Assembly: GCA_026770705.1 (NCBI GenBank)
Contig: JANJGN010000034.1
Coordinates: 11,098,001 to 11,162,000 of the forward strand
Source of the DNA: Isurus oxyrinchus
Lineage: Eukaryota
Direction: 5' to 3'
DNA: 64,000 nucleotides
Both the position numbers and the translations under genes were made by a program. Below are positions 11,823 to 24,437 of the stretch, one piece after another. Within the stretch, counting starts at the first letter, position 1, and every line of letters starts with the position of its first letter. The notes under the pieces were generated by a model. It worked only from the letters and a program-made list of their open reading frames with translations, did no database searches and was not told the origin of the DNA.

Positions 11823-12502
11823 GTAAGTGGTTATTTTGTTCCTTTGTATACTGTCACTCCAGTGAATGAACCAAGGTAAATATTACCATTTGTTACCAAA
11901 TGTGGGCAAATGTTACCATTTCTTCGGCTGAGTGTTCAGGTTAATTGAAACACACGTTGGAGAGTTACTGATAATGAACGCGATAGTTACTCCGCTAAAG
12001 GCAGTGCCAAATGGAAATTACCCCAGTAAAACTGACCGCCCGTGAAGTTGTTCATCCTCCGTTTGAGGAATGTTCCGAATCACATGTAGCCGTCCAGTTC
12101 ACTTATCAAAGTTGGGGACTCCACATGTTAGGTGTTTGTGATTCCAGCGGGTTCCAGTGATGCTCTGAGTTTAGTCAGTATTAAGTGTATTATTACAATG
12201 AGGACAGCGAATCAGCATCGACAGCGGCTCTCTTCAATGACGTCAGATGTCATCGCTGTTTGGACTTCAGAATTGGCCTGAAAGAGCGAAGAGTGCTAAC
12301 GTTGACGTACCAACAAGTAGCCGAAATGGGAAGAGGAGAAAATGCCCGAGGAAAATAGATTCTTCTTGTCCTTTCAGACTACGTGACAAATAAATTCGGA
12401 GGTTCCCAAATCAGACAGGAGCACTGAAGCCAACATAATGACTTCACTAGGAGCCGAATGACATGACTCGTCATTCATGTTTTGCATTTATGCCTGTTTT
12501 AG

Positions 12503-12753
12503 GTGATTGGTAAAACCAACAGTCAATTCCTCTGTCGTGGAAGGCAACTCCTCATTGTTATACTGCACCGTCAGGGGAACATCGGCCAACAGTTTAAGAT
12601 GAGAGAAAAATGGTGAAGAAATTAACAGCTCTTCCACTGGTGAATTAAAGCAGATGTTTCTCAGCATGACTTCTGAAGATGACGGTTAATATTGGTGTGT
12701 GGCTGAATATAACCTGGGCAGCATAAACAGTTCCACACAGATTTCTGTGCAGC
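12503..12753 (+). pseudogene. C2/I-set Ig exon with premature stops
   Basis: KPTVNSSVVEGNSSLLYCTVRGTSANSLR*EKNG...EDDG*YWCVAEYNLGSINSSTQISVQ, gtaagt donor. Confidence 0.85.
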
Positions 12754-13149
12754 GTAAGTGTGCATAATCTTCTCAATTTGAGACTTGCCTTTCATCTCAC
12801 GAACTATGGGTTAAATTGCAACTTTCTCTTATATGCTTGCTAGAAGGCTGCAACTTGAATGAGGCTGGGACAGAGGTAGTGGCAGGGCCTTTTGTGCAGG
12901 CAGGGCTGGGTATAGCCTCGATGGCTCCAAACATAGAAATAATCCTGGCTTTGGCTCAGGCTGGCAGGAATGAAATATGGCTCACTGTGACATTAATTCA
13001 GCAGATGGTATCTATATGAGTTTGGCCCACAAGAAAACTTAATGCAAACAATATTCTGCATCCAATTCTTCACAAGTAATGCTGGTTTTCTGACGGAATT
13101 ATTTTTTCATTCCAGAGAATTAGCATTTCACATTTTGATGATGAGCATA

Positions 13150-14020
13150 TATTCTCCAAATATATCGGATTAGTGATGGCAACCCTCATAGTGATCTGTC
13201 GTATAGTTATAAATCACTCATGGTGGAGAACGATGAGATTCAGCCAATTGGGTCCATGCCATCTCTCTGTCAAGCAATCCAAACGGACCCATCCATTTGC
13301 TCCTTGCTGGCAACACAGCGAATTTATTTCTTCCAAGAGTCCAGTCAGTTTCATTCTGAAATCATTCATTGTCTTCACTTCGTCCATCTCGTATATATTG
13401 AGTTCCAGGTCGTTTACAAGTGCGTTCTTCCTCATAATTCCGACGCCTCTCCTGACCAAAACCTTAAATCATGTCCGTAAGTCCTTATCCCATCATCAGC
13501 TCATGGGAAAATATTTTCTTTGCTTCCTGTTATAATCTCGTACACAATATGAAATATTCGACAGATTTGACTAATGTAGAAAGACCCTAGTTTCTGTGAA
13601 CTAACATTGCAACGAAAATCCCCAATCGTTGGAACCATTCTGGCAAATCGCATCTGCAGCCCCTCCAGGACCCTCGCATCCGTCATAAAGTGTGGTGACC
13701 AAAGCTGGACACAATCTTCTAACTGTGACCTAACTGGAGCTGTATAGGGTTCCAGCATAACTTCCCTGTATTTACTGTCTCAAGATCTCACAAACTTTAT
13801 CTCCTTTGAGTCCTGCCACTTTCAAGGATCTAGACACAAGCATCCCCAAGTCCCCCTTGCTCCGTACCCACTTTGGAACTGTGCCATTTATTCAATGCAG
13901 CCTCTCGCTTTTTTTTTTCTACCTAAATACATCACCCAACAGTTCCTTGCATTCATTTCAATTTGACGCTTGTCTGCCCACTGTTGTTAGTTATCCATGT
14001 CCAATTGTCTCTTGTTACTG
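13150..14020 (-). mobile_element. CR1 LINE 3' RT fragment
   Basis: Translates to YTAPVRSQLEDCVQLWSPHF, the CR1 C-terminal motif. Confidence 0.75.
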
Positions 14021-14435
14021 GACATCTGAAGAATCGCGGCAGCCCTCAACAAGGGGAAAGGTATTAAAGTGAAGAACTAGGGAATATGTTGAAATAAACT
14101 AACCCTTTCCCCCAAATACTGACAGATGACACACATTATGGGAATATTATAAATTATTAACATTTTTATTAGCTCTGTATGAGGAATCTCCCAGAACGTC
14201 TCTCAAGACAAATATGTTTTTGATGAACATTCATTAGACTAAATATGAAATTGTCCCTAAGGACTAACCCGACCTAAGTAAATATAAAAACATGCCATTA
14301 AAATCGCAATAGGTACAATTGGTACTATTTCCTAGTTTGAAAAAAAGATAAGATGCCAAATCTATTGCATTTACTTCAAAAAACAAATTAATTATTTTTG
14401 GAAACTGCAATAGTTAAATATAATAATTGTTTTAG

Positions 14436-14723
14436 ATCAACCCAGAATAATAGGGGGCCCAGTCTGCATCATCTCTGAAAATTGGACTAACTGCCCCTGC
14501 AGGATAATATAGAATCCACCTGCAAACATTACATGGGGCCTCCATGGGAGCATCCTCCTTGGGATCAGATCAGATGTGGAAATCATCTCCTGGGCGGTGA
14601 ATAAGTCCCTGGTGCAGAGCTCGCTGAGACTGGGCCTACCAACGGGAACTGGAAATCTGATTTCATGTAAAGCAGCAAATAACCACGGAGATTCTATCAG
14701 CAAATGCTAGCTCCACACTGACG
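14436..14723 (+). pseudogene. MAG/Siglec membrane-proximal Ig exon, copy A (2 stops)
   Basis: 288-bp phase 1-1 exon: QPRIIGGPVC...TNCPCRII*NPPANITW...SSLRL...ISCKAANNHG; cysteine spacing as in MAG domain 5. Confidence 0.85.
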
Positions 14724-14910
14724 GTAGATGTTTAACCCTTTTGATTACTATAATGGAGTCAAAGCTCGGTCACTGGCTCAAAGATAATAGTGTCAGCAAA
14801 TGCTAGCTCTGCACTGAGGGTATATGTTTTATCTGCTGAATATTATACTGGAATCACAGCTCAGTCACTAACTCAATTATAATAGTGTCAGCAAATGCCA
14901 GCTCCATTTA
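14695..14910 (+). repeat. About 95-bp tandem repeat (about 2.2 copies) spanning the exon end and splice donor
   Basis: tcagcaaatgc(t/c)agctc recurs at about 14697, 14793 and 14888. Confidence 0.8.
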
Positions 14911-16276
14911 ACAGCTCCATATTGAATCTACCTCCAGTTAATACACGGTGCACTTTCTATTAATGACCAATAGCCAATGAACACAGTCATTAGTACTTTC
15001 TGAAACTCTCTGCATAAATGAAAGGCAAAGTTGGAGGAACAGAAGAAATAAACAATGACATTAAAAATGTTTGTTTTCTGAATAAGATAAACACTTTAAA
15101 AAGTCAGATTCCCTTTCACAATCTGATAGCATTTGCAGTCTACCCCGTCTTGTCTAGATTTATACCTCGTCAGTCCCATCTGGATAGATTATCCTCGCAT
15201 TTATCGACGCGAAATTGAATTATCTGCCTAGATTATAGCTTGGAGTCTATATGACCTCTCCCTACCCCTTCAGCCAAATATGTCACCACACACTTCCCGG
15301 TAATCAATGCCATCTGAAACATGTCTGCCAATGATGGTAACTTATGCCCAGCTGAATAAGATTAGAATCATTGCCGCTGTCCACCACTTTCTCTAGTTTC
15401 TTACCTATCTAGTTCTAAATGTGAGAACAGTTTGAAATTTTATTCTGTATTGGAACATAGAAGTCAGTTATAAATATCAAAAAAATAATTGTGCTCCTAG
15501 GAAGAAGATTGGGGAGCACCAATGTCAACAATCCGGCTATCTTAAAAACAACCATTCACCAAGATTGGATGTTTTCTTTCTTTAAGCTACTTTTTTTTAA
15601 ACCAAGCTGACACACCTCCCTACTCCATGAGCCTTAATTTAGGTAACCAGACTTTTATGTGGTAATTTGTCAAACTCTTTCGTAGACGCCATATAGGCAA
15701 CACCTATTGCTTCCCCCTCATCAACCTCCGAGCTGGGTGTCCTCAATTAACTCAAGCCTCTCCAAGATATGTATCAATGTTGATTTAACAATTTAATATT
15801 TAGAGCCTGCAACGTTTGAATTGTCGCCTTGTTAGCCTAACAGCTGAAGAAATAAGTCAGTCTATCACAAAGGAAGATATTAAAAGGAGCAAAATTAGGG
15901 AAGTTATTTGACTTTTTTCACCAAACACTGGCAGTTAAAGCACATTTTTGGGAACATTAAACGTTTAAATATCAGCTGCTTTTCCTCTTCTCAGAGCAAT
16001 CTCCCAATCCATCTCTCACGAGAAGCCTGGTTGGGATGGTCATTCCTGAGGTTAACTATAATTTTTCTTCTTAGTGGTAATCTGATTTGTTTGAAAACAT
16101 AGCATGCTGTTGAGCTGGTGCTATGTCGATTGTTTTCATTATTTTATCTTTTTTAAATGTGTTTCTTTTGCAGTCTCTGCCACAACTATTGTGGTTCTTT
16201 CAACATACAAATTAGTGCTTTTATTACGAAACTGCAACTGTTAACTATAATTGGTTATTTTTCCCCCTCTTTTTAG

Positions 16277-16557
16277 TTAAACCCAGAGTAATAGTGGGGC
16301 CGATGTGCACTACCTTTGGACTAATTGTACCTCCAGAATTAGAGCTAATCCACCTGCAAACATTACATGGGGCCTCAATGGGGGAATCCTCCCTGGGATC
16401 ATGTCAGATGTGGAAATAATCACCTGGGCGGTGAATATGCCCCAGATGCAGAACTCGCTGAGACTGGTCTTACCAACGGTAACTGGAAACTTGACTTCAT
16501 GTAAAGCTGCAAATAAGCACTGTGATTCTGTCAGCAAATACCATCTCCACGCTCAGG
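16277..16557 (+). pseudogene. MAG/Siglec membrane-proximal Ig exon, copy B (7-bp frameshift deletion)
   Basis: Paralog of 14436-14723, 281 bp; flanking introns are also homologous (about 14400-15130 versus 16230-16840). Confidence 0.85.
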
Positions 16558-17094
16558 GTACATGTTTAACCTGCTCAATACTATAATAGAGTAACGGCTC
16601 AGTCACTAACTGAAGTGTATTAGTATCAACAATGGCCAGCTGCATTTATCTGCTCAATGCTGAATCTATCTTGAATTGCACTTTCCATCCAAGACCAATC
16701 AGCAAATAAACAGTGTGATCAGAATCATCCATTTTGAAATTCAGTCTCCTGAAACTTGCCAATTATCTTGAAAATGACATTTTATTTCCGAATTAAAATA
16801 AACAATTAAGAAACTCCAGTTTTCTTTTCAGAATCTAATACTAAACCGTACTCCACCCTACCACAGGCCCCACTATTAACCCCTCCCCCAGATGCCCATC
16901 TATATCGTCCAGGCCAATAAGCGTTTATAAAGTTCTTTTGATTTAATCCAAGCTCAATTAATGCAGTCAACCTGATCGAGCCATACAGGCAGAGAATGCA
17001 GACTGGAAAATCCAGTAGTCAGATTGCAGCAAACAAACCTATGAATCATGTGGGTTTTGCAGAGTCAACAATTCATTTTGGGGCAGATTAAGGC

Positions 17095-17600
17095 GCAGAT
17101 AGTGATATCACTGGTCCGGTAATCAGGAGACGTAGCCTTATGCACAGGGGACATGGGTTGAAATCCCACCATAGCAACTGGTGGAATTTAAATTGAATTA
17201 ATAAAGCCTGGAATTGAGAACTTGTCTCAGTAATGGTGACCATGGAACTATCATCGATTTTTGTAAAGAACCATCTGACTCACCGATGCCCTTTAGCGAA
17301 AGAAATCTGCCGTCCTTACCTGGTCTGACCTAGACGTGATTAATTCTTAAATGCGTCCATGAGCTGTGGATGCATTAATGGCCCTTGCGCACAAGGCATT
17401 TTTAAGAGCCAGCCACAGGTAAGGATGACAGGTTTCCATTCGAAAAGATTAATAGTGAATCCCATGTTTTTACAACAATACTTTTATGGTCATCATCAGC
17501 CTTGATATTCAGAAATAGCTTACTCAGTTCAAGGGAAATTTAAGATACTCAACAAATGCTGGGCTTCTCAGCAACAGTCATGTTCCATGACAGAATAAAT
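17095..17600 (+). mobile_element. tRNA-derived SINE with a nested antisense SINE fragment (about 17390-17510)
   Basis: Head with gggttgaaatcccacc box B-like motif, SINE core, inverted core fragment, then the 3' tail. Confidence 0.65.
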
Positions 17601-18314
17601 AGAGAAAACAGAACACTGATCCTAACGATGCTTGAATAGAGACGTGGATTAGTATATTTCTACATTAAATACTTAAGGCTCTTTGAGGTGTTTCGGTGGC
17701 AACTAAACTGAGGGAGGGTACTTGTCTGTGACAAGTGAGGAATTTTACGAGGTTAGACATAGAGAGCAAGCAGATTGAAACCTATTGAGATGTTCATCTG
17801 AACTGATAGATGCCGTGACTTAGTCTGGGAAGGTTCAGAATTTGCATCTCAGGAGTAGCGCAGAAAAAGCCGACTGTTGTGGTTGACCTGACTGCTTGTT
17901 GGCGCGGGGTGAAATTGCAGCTGAGTTACTTGTTTGATAAATTCTGGAAAATTGAAAGCTCGATGAACCATCAGACGAATGCAATACAGTTTCATTCACA
18001 ATAAAATGCACGGGACGCCGGCCAAGCAATGGCGCAATTTGGAGGAAAGTTCCTGATTTCAAATCCATTCATGAGCACTCACTTCCCTGACTCTCTTAAC
18101 TTCTGTAGACCCAGAAACTTCCGAGAAATATGCACCTCCCAACCTTTGCTCTCTGGCCGCATCCGGGACATTTATCCCTGATTAGAGGCCATGCCTTCAG
18201 CCGCGTTGACCTTCACCCTCGGCATTCCCAACCTAGAACAATCGCTGGAACAACTCTCCTCCCTTTATCATCCTGCTTAAAACCAGCTCCCTACCAAACT
18301 TTTGATCATCTACA

Positions 18315-19430
18315 ATTTCCCTCAATCTCTAGATTCTGGAAATTTCTCAGCGGATTGGAAAATCTCAATTGTACCACATCTATTCAATAAAAAAAGGGAG
18401 ACAGAATGGAGGAAACCATCGGCCAGTTCGCTTAATATCTGCCATATGGAAAATGCAAAAGTTCATTATGAAGGAAGCAGCATCAGGACATTTAGGAAAT
18501 CATAATGCCGTTAAGGAGAGTCACCATGTTTTCAAGAGAGCAAAAAGAGTCTACAAAGGGAAATAGACAGGCTATGTGAGTGGGGGAAAATGCGAAATTG
18601 CTGATGGAGTATAACGTGGAGAAATGTGAACTTGTCCACTTTGACAGGAAAAGGAAAAAAATGCATGTTATTTTAATGGAGAAAGATAGCAGAACTTTAC
18701 GGTACAGAGGGATCTGGGTGTCCTGATACATGGGGTCACAAAAAGCTAGCATGTAGGTATAGCAAGAGATTGGGAAGGCACATGGAACGCTGGCCTTACT
18801 TGCAAGGGGGAATCGGGCATAAAAGGAGAGAGTTGTTGCTACAGCTGTACAAGGCCGTAGTGAGGCCACATCTGGAGTATTGTGTAGAGTTTTGGTCTCC
18901 TTACCTAATAAAGGATATAATTGCAATTGAGGCAGTTCAGAAAAGGGTTCACTCGTCTGATTCTTTGAGCGAAGAGTTATCTCATGAGGAAAGGTTGAGT
19001 ACTTTGGGCCAATGTCCCCTTTGTAGTTGAAAATAAGGAATACTGATGTCATTGAATCATATAAGATCCTGAGGTAACGTGACAGAGACGAAGCTGAGAA
19101 GATGTTTCCACTTGTTGGTCTTTCTGGACCTGGGTCACAGTTTAAAAGCTAGGGGCTTCAGAGTTTAAGACTGAGATCAGGTTTGTTTTTCTCCCCCAGG
19201 GTCGTAATTCTGTGAGATTCACTTCCCCAAAGAGGAGTCAAGGCGGGGTCTTTGATTATATTCAGGGCTGAGTTAGACATATTTTTGATCGACAAGGGAG
19301 TCGACGATTATGGGAAGAGACATGAAAGAGGGGTTGAGATCACAGTCAGAGCAGCCATGATCTTATTGAATGGTGGAACAGGCTCATGGGCCCGAATGGC
19401 CTTCTTCTTGCTCCTCTTTCTTGTGTTCTT
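18315..19430 (+). mobile_element. CR1 LINE fragment inserted in the right arm
   Basis: LLQLYKAVVRPHLEYCVEFWSPYL motif plus CR1-type 3' tail; absent at the matching left-arm position. Confidence 0.85.
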
Positions 19431-20210
19431 GTGTCTCGGCCTCGAGGCTACTCCTCATCCAATTAAGTCATAGCTGACCTTTGACCTCAATTCCACTGTG
19501 TCACGGGTTCCTCACACCCCTTGATTCCCCTCTGTGCCGAAACATATCTCAACCTTGAATGCACTCAGTGGCTAAGCATTCACAGCTCCCCAGGACAGAG
19601 AGCTACAAAGGATTGTAACCCACTGAGTTTAGACATTTTTCCTTTTAGTCCTAATAGTTCGGCCTCATAGCTTGAGACTATTCCAGCCCGAAATTATTTG
19701 TGGATTCCAGGGGAAGACTACGAAATGGAATATTCTTGAAATTTGAAGCAGAATATTAGGGATAATTGAAAAGGCTTGTTAGAGACTGAAATGATACATT
19801 GAATAAGAATCCACCCATTTTGAGCATATTATGGATATATAGAGATTATCGAGGTTATACCTGAGGATGTAGTCTGGGTCGGATCATTAACCACATGCTG
19901 TGAACTTTGATATCATCATGGTGATGCAAACACTGCTCTCTCTCTATGTTTCACTTTAGTTGTGCCACGGGTAGAACTTATGGGTTCGTTTTTACTGCTT
20001 TTGATCAATAATTTCTCATCTAAGGGGCGCGTGTTTCTTTTCATAGTCTCAAAGAGATTTCCCCAATTTAATAATTGCAGTATTCAGGTTATTGTGAGGT
20101 TTAAAATAAGAAAGGTCATTTGTTATGATGCACTTAGCCCGGGTGTTTAAAAACATGACGAGTCGCTCACCAGTCTCACAAAGACCATCACACACACAAA
20201 ATAGACGCAT

Positions 20211-20597
20211 CACAGAGTGTGGAAGAGGCCCTTCGGCCCTTCGAGTCTGCACCGACACTTGAGAAACACCTGAGCTAATTACCTAAATAATAAAAAAATA
20301 CCTAATCCCATTTACCAGCACTTGGCCCATAGCCTTGAATGTTATGATGTGCCAAGTACACATCCAGGTACTTTTTTTAAAGAGTGTGAGGCAACCCGCC
20401 TCCATCACCCTCCCAGGCAGCGCATTCCAGACCGTCACCACCCTCTGGGTAAAAAAGTTTTTCCTCACATCCCCCCTAAACCTCCTGCCCCTCATCTTGA
20501 ATTTATGTCCCCTCGTGACTGACTCTTCAACTAAGGGGAGCAACTGCTTTCTATCCACCCTGTCCATGCCCCTCATAATCTTGTACATCTCGATCAA
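20211..20597 (-). mobile_element. CR1 LINE 3' end at the deletion junction
   Basis: MIEMYKIMRGMDRVD...RKNFFTQRVVTVWNALP. Confidence 0.85.
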
Positions 20598-21869
20598 TGC
20601 AGCCTAGTACAATGAAAGATCTGCTTGGTGCCAATTTTCACTTAGCTGACTGCTGCAGTTGGTGATACCTTGCCCCTGGATGAATGAGTTAAGAAGTATC
20701 GAAGCTTACCTCCTCCTGAAACCTGTTTATCAGATACTTAATGTAGAAAGTGATGCAACCCCACCCTCTGCTTGGCAGTTGGAAGCTACTACAGGCGTTG
20801 GTTTGAGGGTCTCATTATTTGAGTCGTTAGATCAGGAGCTGCCTGCTTCTGGATACAGTTTGCTAAAGTGCAATTAGTGAAAACTGTTGCAACGAATTGA
20901 AATTTGGAGGCTGCATAAATAAAACACCTTTCAAGTTCACATGAACGTGGGGTCACAGTCATACTCAGTTGCGATGGGATAGCGAGAATGAAACTTATTG
21001 ATTCAAGGATAATAAATACAAAATGGCTCAGAGAAAGAGGCAGAAAGGCAGCAAAAGATGGACAGAAAAACGAGCAGATAAAAAATTAGAAAGAGGAAAA
21101 TAGGAGGTGAGCAAAAAGTAAAATTGGGAAGCATGAAAGAAGCAGATGAGATTCCAAGAACAAAGTGAGACAAGGAGTGAAGGGGAGGTGAAAGGCTTAA
21201 AAACCAAATACAAACGACAAAGAGGTAGCTTTGAAAAATCACAAGTCATAGCCTGGACCAGACAGGAGTTAAAGCCCATTTGTACGTGTCTTGAATCTGA
21301 TTGGATAATACAACCATGTATATGTTTGACTGGTATAATCATGTATACATATTTTGAAATGACTGGATAAACATCGTCACATGTATACGAAGTCAATAGG
21401 GCACAGATAGAAGAGTATCAATGTGTCAGGCACTGATTTGATGTATTCAAAAGTATTGAACTGTATTGTTATCAGAAAATAGTACAAAAATAGAGGAATA
21501 TAATTAATCAGGGAGCTGGGTCGCCATATTATGGAATGGTTGCGGTTCCCTTGCATATGCTTGGAGAAAACCAGTCAAAAGAAACTTGAGTCTTGTGTGG
21601 TCACTACGCAATCGGAGGATGCTTGAACTCCCTTTCAAGGAGGCTCTGGCAGCAGACGTCATTCTCCCTGTCAGACTTCATTTAACTCCTCCATTTTCCC
21701 AATGATTAACATCCCACAGCTTTGGGAATTTGTCCCTCACAGCACGTGCACAAATCCAAGACACACAGCTCAACCAGGGCCAGATATATCAAGGAACAGG
21801 GGGTGGACCAGCTGGAGATTCACGTCAGCTTTAGACCCTCACACATACACAGGGCGACCAGATACTGCT

Positions 21870-23160
21870 TCACAGTCCCAAAGCACCGGGTACAGAAGCA
21901 CAGCATCCCAGAATCGAGTTCCAGCACAAAGATGCGCAACGTCCCATCTCAGAGACACACATAGTACCAGCACAGAAACGCACACAGTCCCAGCACAGGG
22001 ATTCAAAAATCCCAGGGCACAAATACATGCAGTCCCAGCACAGAAATACACAGTCGCAGCAAGAGACACAGACTACCCCAGCACAGAGACACACACAATC
22101 CCAGCACAGAAGCTCACACTGCGCCAGCACAGAGACTCATACAGCCCAAGCACATAAACTCACACTGTCCCAGCACAGGAACTCTCATTGCCCCAGCATA
22201 GACTCATACAGCCCCAGCACAGAAACTCACAGTGTCTCAGCACAGAAATCCGCACAGTCCCAGCATAGAGACTCACACAGTCTCAGCACAGAAACTCACT
22301 CAGCCCCAGCACAGAAACTCATATAGCCCCAGCACAGATATTCACACAGTCCCAGTACAGAAACTCACACAGAGCCAGCACAGAAACTCACAGTCCCAGC
22401 ACAGAAACTTACATAGTCCCAGCAGAGAGACTCACACAGTCCCAGCACAGAAACTCACACAGTCCCAGCAGAGAGGCTCAACGCGTCCCAGCACACAGTC
22501 CAATCACAGAAACTCACAGTCCCATCACTGAAACTCACAGAGCCCCAGCAGAGAAACTCACACAGTCCCAGCACAGAAACTCACACAGTCCCAGCACAGA
22601 AACTCACAGTCCCAGCACAGAAACTCACACAGTCCCAGCACAGAAACGCACACAGTCCCAGCACAGAAACTCACACAATCTCACCACAGAAACTCACACA
22701 GTCCCAGCACAGAAACTCCCACAGTCCCAGCACAGAAACGCACACACTCCCAGCACAGAAACTCACACAGTCCCAGCACAGAAACCCACACAGTCCCAGC
22801 ACAGAAACTCACACAGTCCCAGCACAGAGGCTCACACAGTCCCAGCACAGAAACGCACACAGTCCCAGCACAGAAACTCACACAGCCCCAGCACAGAAGC
22901 TCTCACAGTCCCAGCACAGAAACTTAAGCAGTCTCAGAACAGAAACTCACACAATCCCCGCACAGAAACTCACAGTCCCAGCACAGAAACTCACACAGTC
23001 CCAACACAAATGCTCACGAAGTGCCAGAACAGAGAATCACACAGTCTCAGAACAGAAACTCACATTGTCCCAGGACAGAGATTCACACCGTCCACTGTCC
23101 CAGGACAGAGATTCACACCGTCCACTGTCCCAGGACAGAGATTCACACAGTCCCAGCCCT
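21870..23160 (-). repeat. 23-bp satellite array in inverted orientation
   Basis: (cacagtcccagcacagaaactca)n; ends with three copies of a 30-bp variant at about 23065-23150. Confidence 0.95.
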
Positions 23161-23620
23161 GAACCAAAGATACCCCCTCACCCATGGTTACCGCCCAACC
23201 CGACCGACTAGGGCCAACATCGGACTCGATACAAATAAATATACTAATACAAATTGCGGTATAGGCAGATGCTATATTGATATTCAGTACAGTAAAATTT
23301 GAAAAAGGATGGGTTGTTTATGTTTGCAGGGCATTCACCCGGACTCCATGAGCGGGGTCATCAATATCCTTGGCCGGTAACGGTGAGCTACATGAAGTTC
23401 AGGCACGGTAATGACGGCAGATTTGCTTCCCCAAAGGGTACTAGTGAACCAGATGGGTTACAGCAATGGTTTCATGGCCGCCATTAGATTTCCGTGGTGG
23501 GTGGGCACTGGAGAACCCGGACAATGTGGTTAAACAGAAAACATTCATTATTTAAATTGGTCGGGACTTATGTCATTCTTATGGTTTGGGCGTTTATCCT
23601 CGTGTCCCTCCATAAGAAAA

Positions 23621-23684
23621 AGGGGTGTGGGGGGTTGGGGGGGTGGGGGGGGGGGGGGGGGGGTGGTGGAGGGGGGTGGGGGGT
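23621..23684 (+). repeat. Poly-G / G-rich tract
   Basis: Long G runs with G-quadruplex potential. Confidence 0.8.
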
Positions 23685-23964
23685 TGTCGGCGATCGGTGT
23701 GTGGGTCTGTGTTCAATTTATTTCCTTGGGTTCTAAACCCAATTTGCCCTCAATGCCTAACTGAACTAATTATAATGAAAGTCACATCTGCTCATTCTGT
23801 AGGCATGACTGAGTGGACGGAAATAAGGAACTTTATTGTGTTGATCAATGGGTTAAAATCTTCCACAATGGATGAGCAACAGAGTTTGTAGAGAATGTCG
23901 TCATTAAGGGAAATTATATATATATATATATAAATATAATAAAGCATTTAATTATAATATAATT

Positions 23965-24058
23965 GTAGAAGTGTCATACGGACTCGAAACGTTAACTCTG
24001 TCTTTCTCTCCACGGATGCTGTCAGACCTGCTGAGTATTTCCAGCATTTTCTGTTTTT
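23965..24058 (+). mobile_element. Short Penelope-derived element with an 8-bp TSD
   Basis: gtagaagtgtcatacggactcgaaacgttaactc...gacctgctgagtatttccagcattttctg; atataatt on both sides (23957-23964 and 24059-24066). Confidence 0.7.
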
Positions 24059-24302
24059 ATATAATTATTTATGTTGCGAAGTTTCAATTTGTTTTTATTT
24101 ATAATTTGCATCTAATTCGTTCTGCCCCTTCGAACAGGCAGCATTTTTTTTACTTCCTTGTTTGCTGAGACTGGACAAACCCTTATGGCTTCCATTACAG
24201 GGTTGCAATGAAAGTAACATTGTGAGATCCATTGTGGAAAGGAGTGCAAAGTCCCATCAGTTATGATGTCGCCTAATTGTGCCACTGGGGGCTCCCCTGG
24301 TC

Positions 24303-24310
24303 TATATATT
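24303..24310 (+). promoter_or_regulatory. TATA-like box of the GPCR gene
   Basis: tatatatt about 60 bp upstream of the ATG at 24368. Confidence 0.4.
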
Positions 24311-24367
24311 GAACCAGCCACAAACCAGGAATTGACGCTGTTGAGAGGATATCGCTTCTGGGAGAAA

Positions 24368-24437
24368 ATGCACGAACCAGTTACTGGTCAGGTGTATGCT
24401 ATTTACTATCCAATTCTTGCCGCCATCGGTATTCCAG
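24368..24437 (+). CDS. GPR139/GPR142-like class A GPCR, exon 1
   Basis: MHEPVTGQVYAIYYPILAAIGIP with a phase-1 gtaagt donor; joins exon 2 to give the TM1 G-x-P-V-N motif. Confidence 0.85.

Larger units (their letters stand above)
17918..23467 (-). repeat. Right arm of the large inverted duplication (lacks the equivalent of 3700-9548)
   Basis: Reverse-complement match to 9548-10782 and to 1-3700, interrupted by CR1 fragments. Confidence 0.9.

Noticed and set aside
12190-12320. Possible remnant of Siglec domain 2 (..CLDF..ERRVLTLT)
   Set aside because: Too short and degenerate, with no clear splice sites
21870-23160. V(D)J recombination signal look-alike (CACAGTC and ACAGAAACT in the satellite)
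   Set aside because: Heptamer-to-nonamer spacing is 5 or 28 bp (7, 17 or 30 using other CAC starts), not 12 or 23, and the nearby V exons are not rearranging segments
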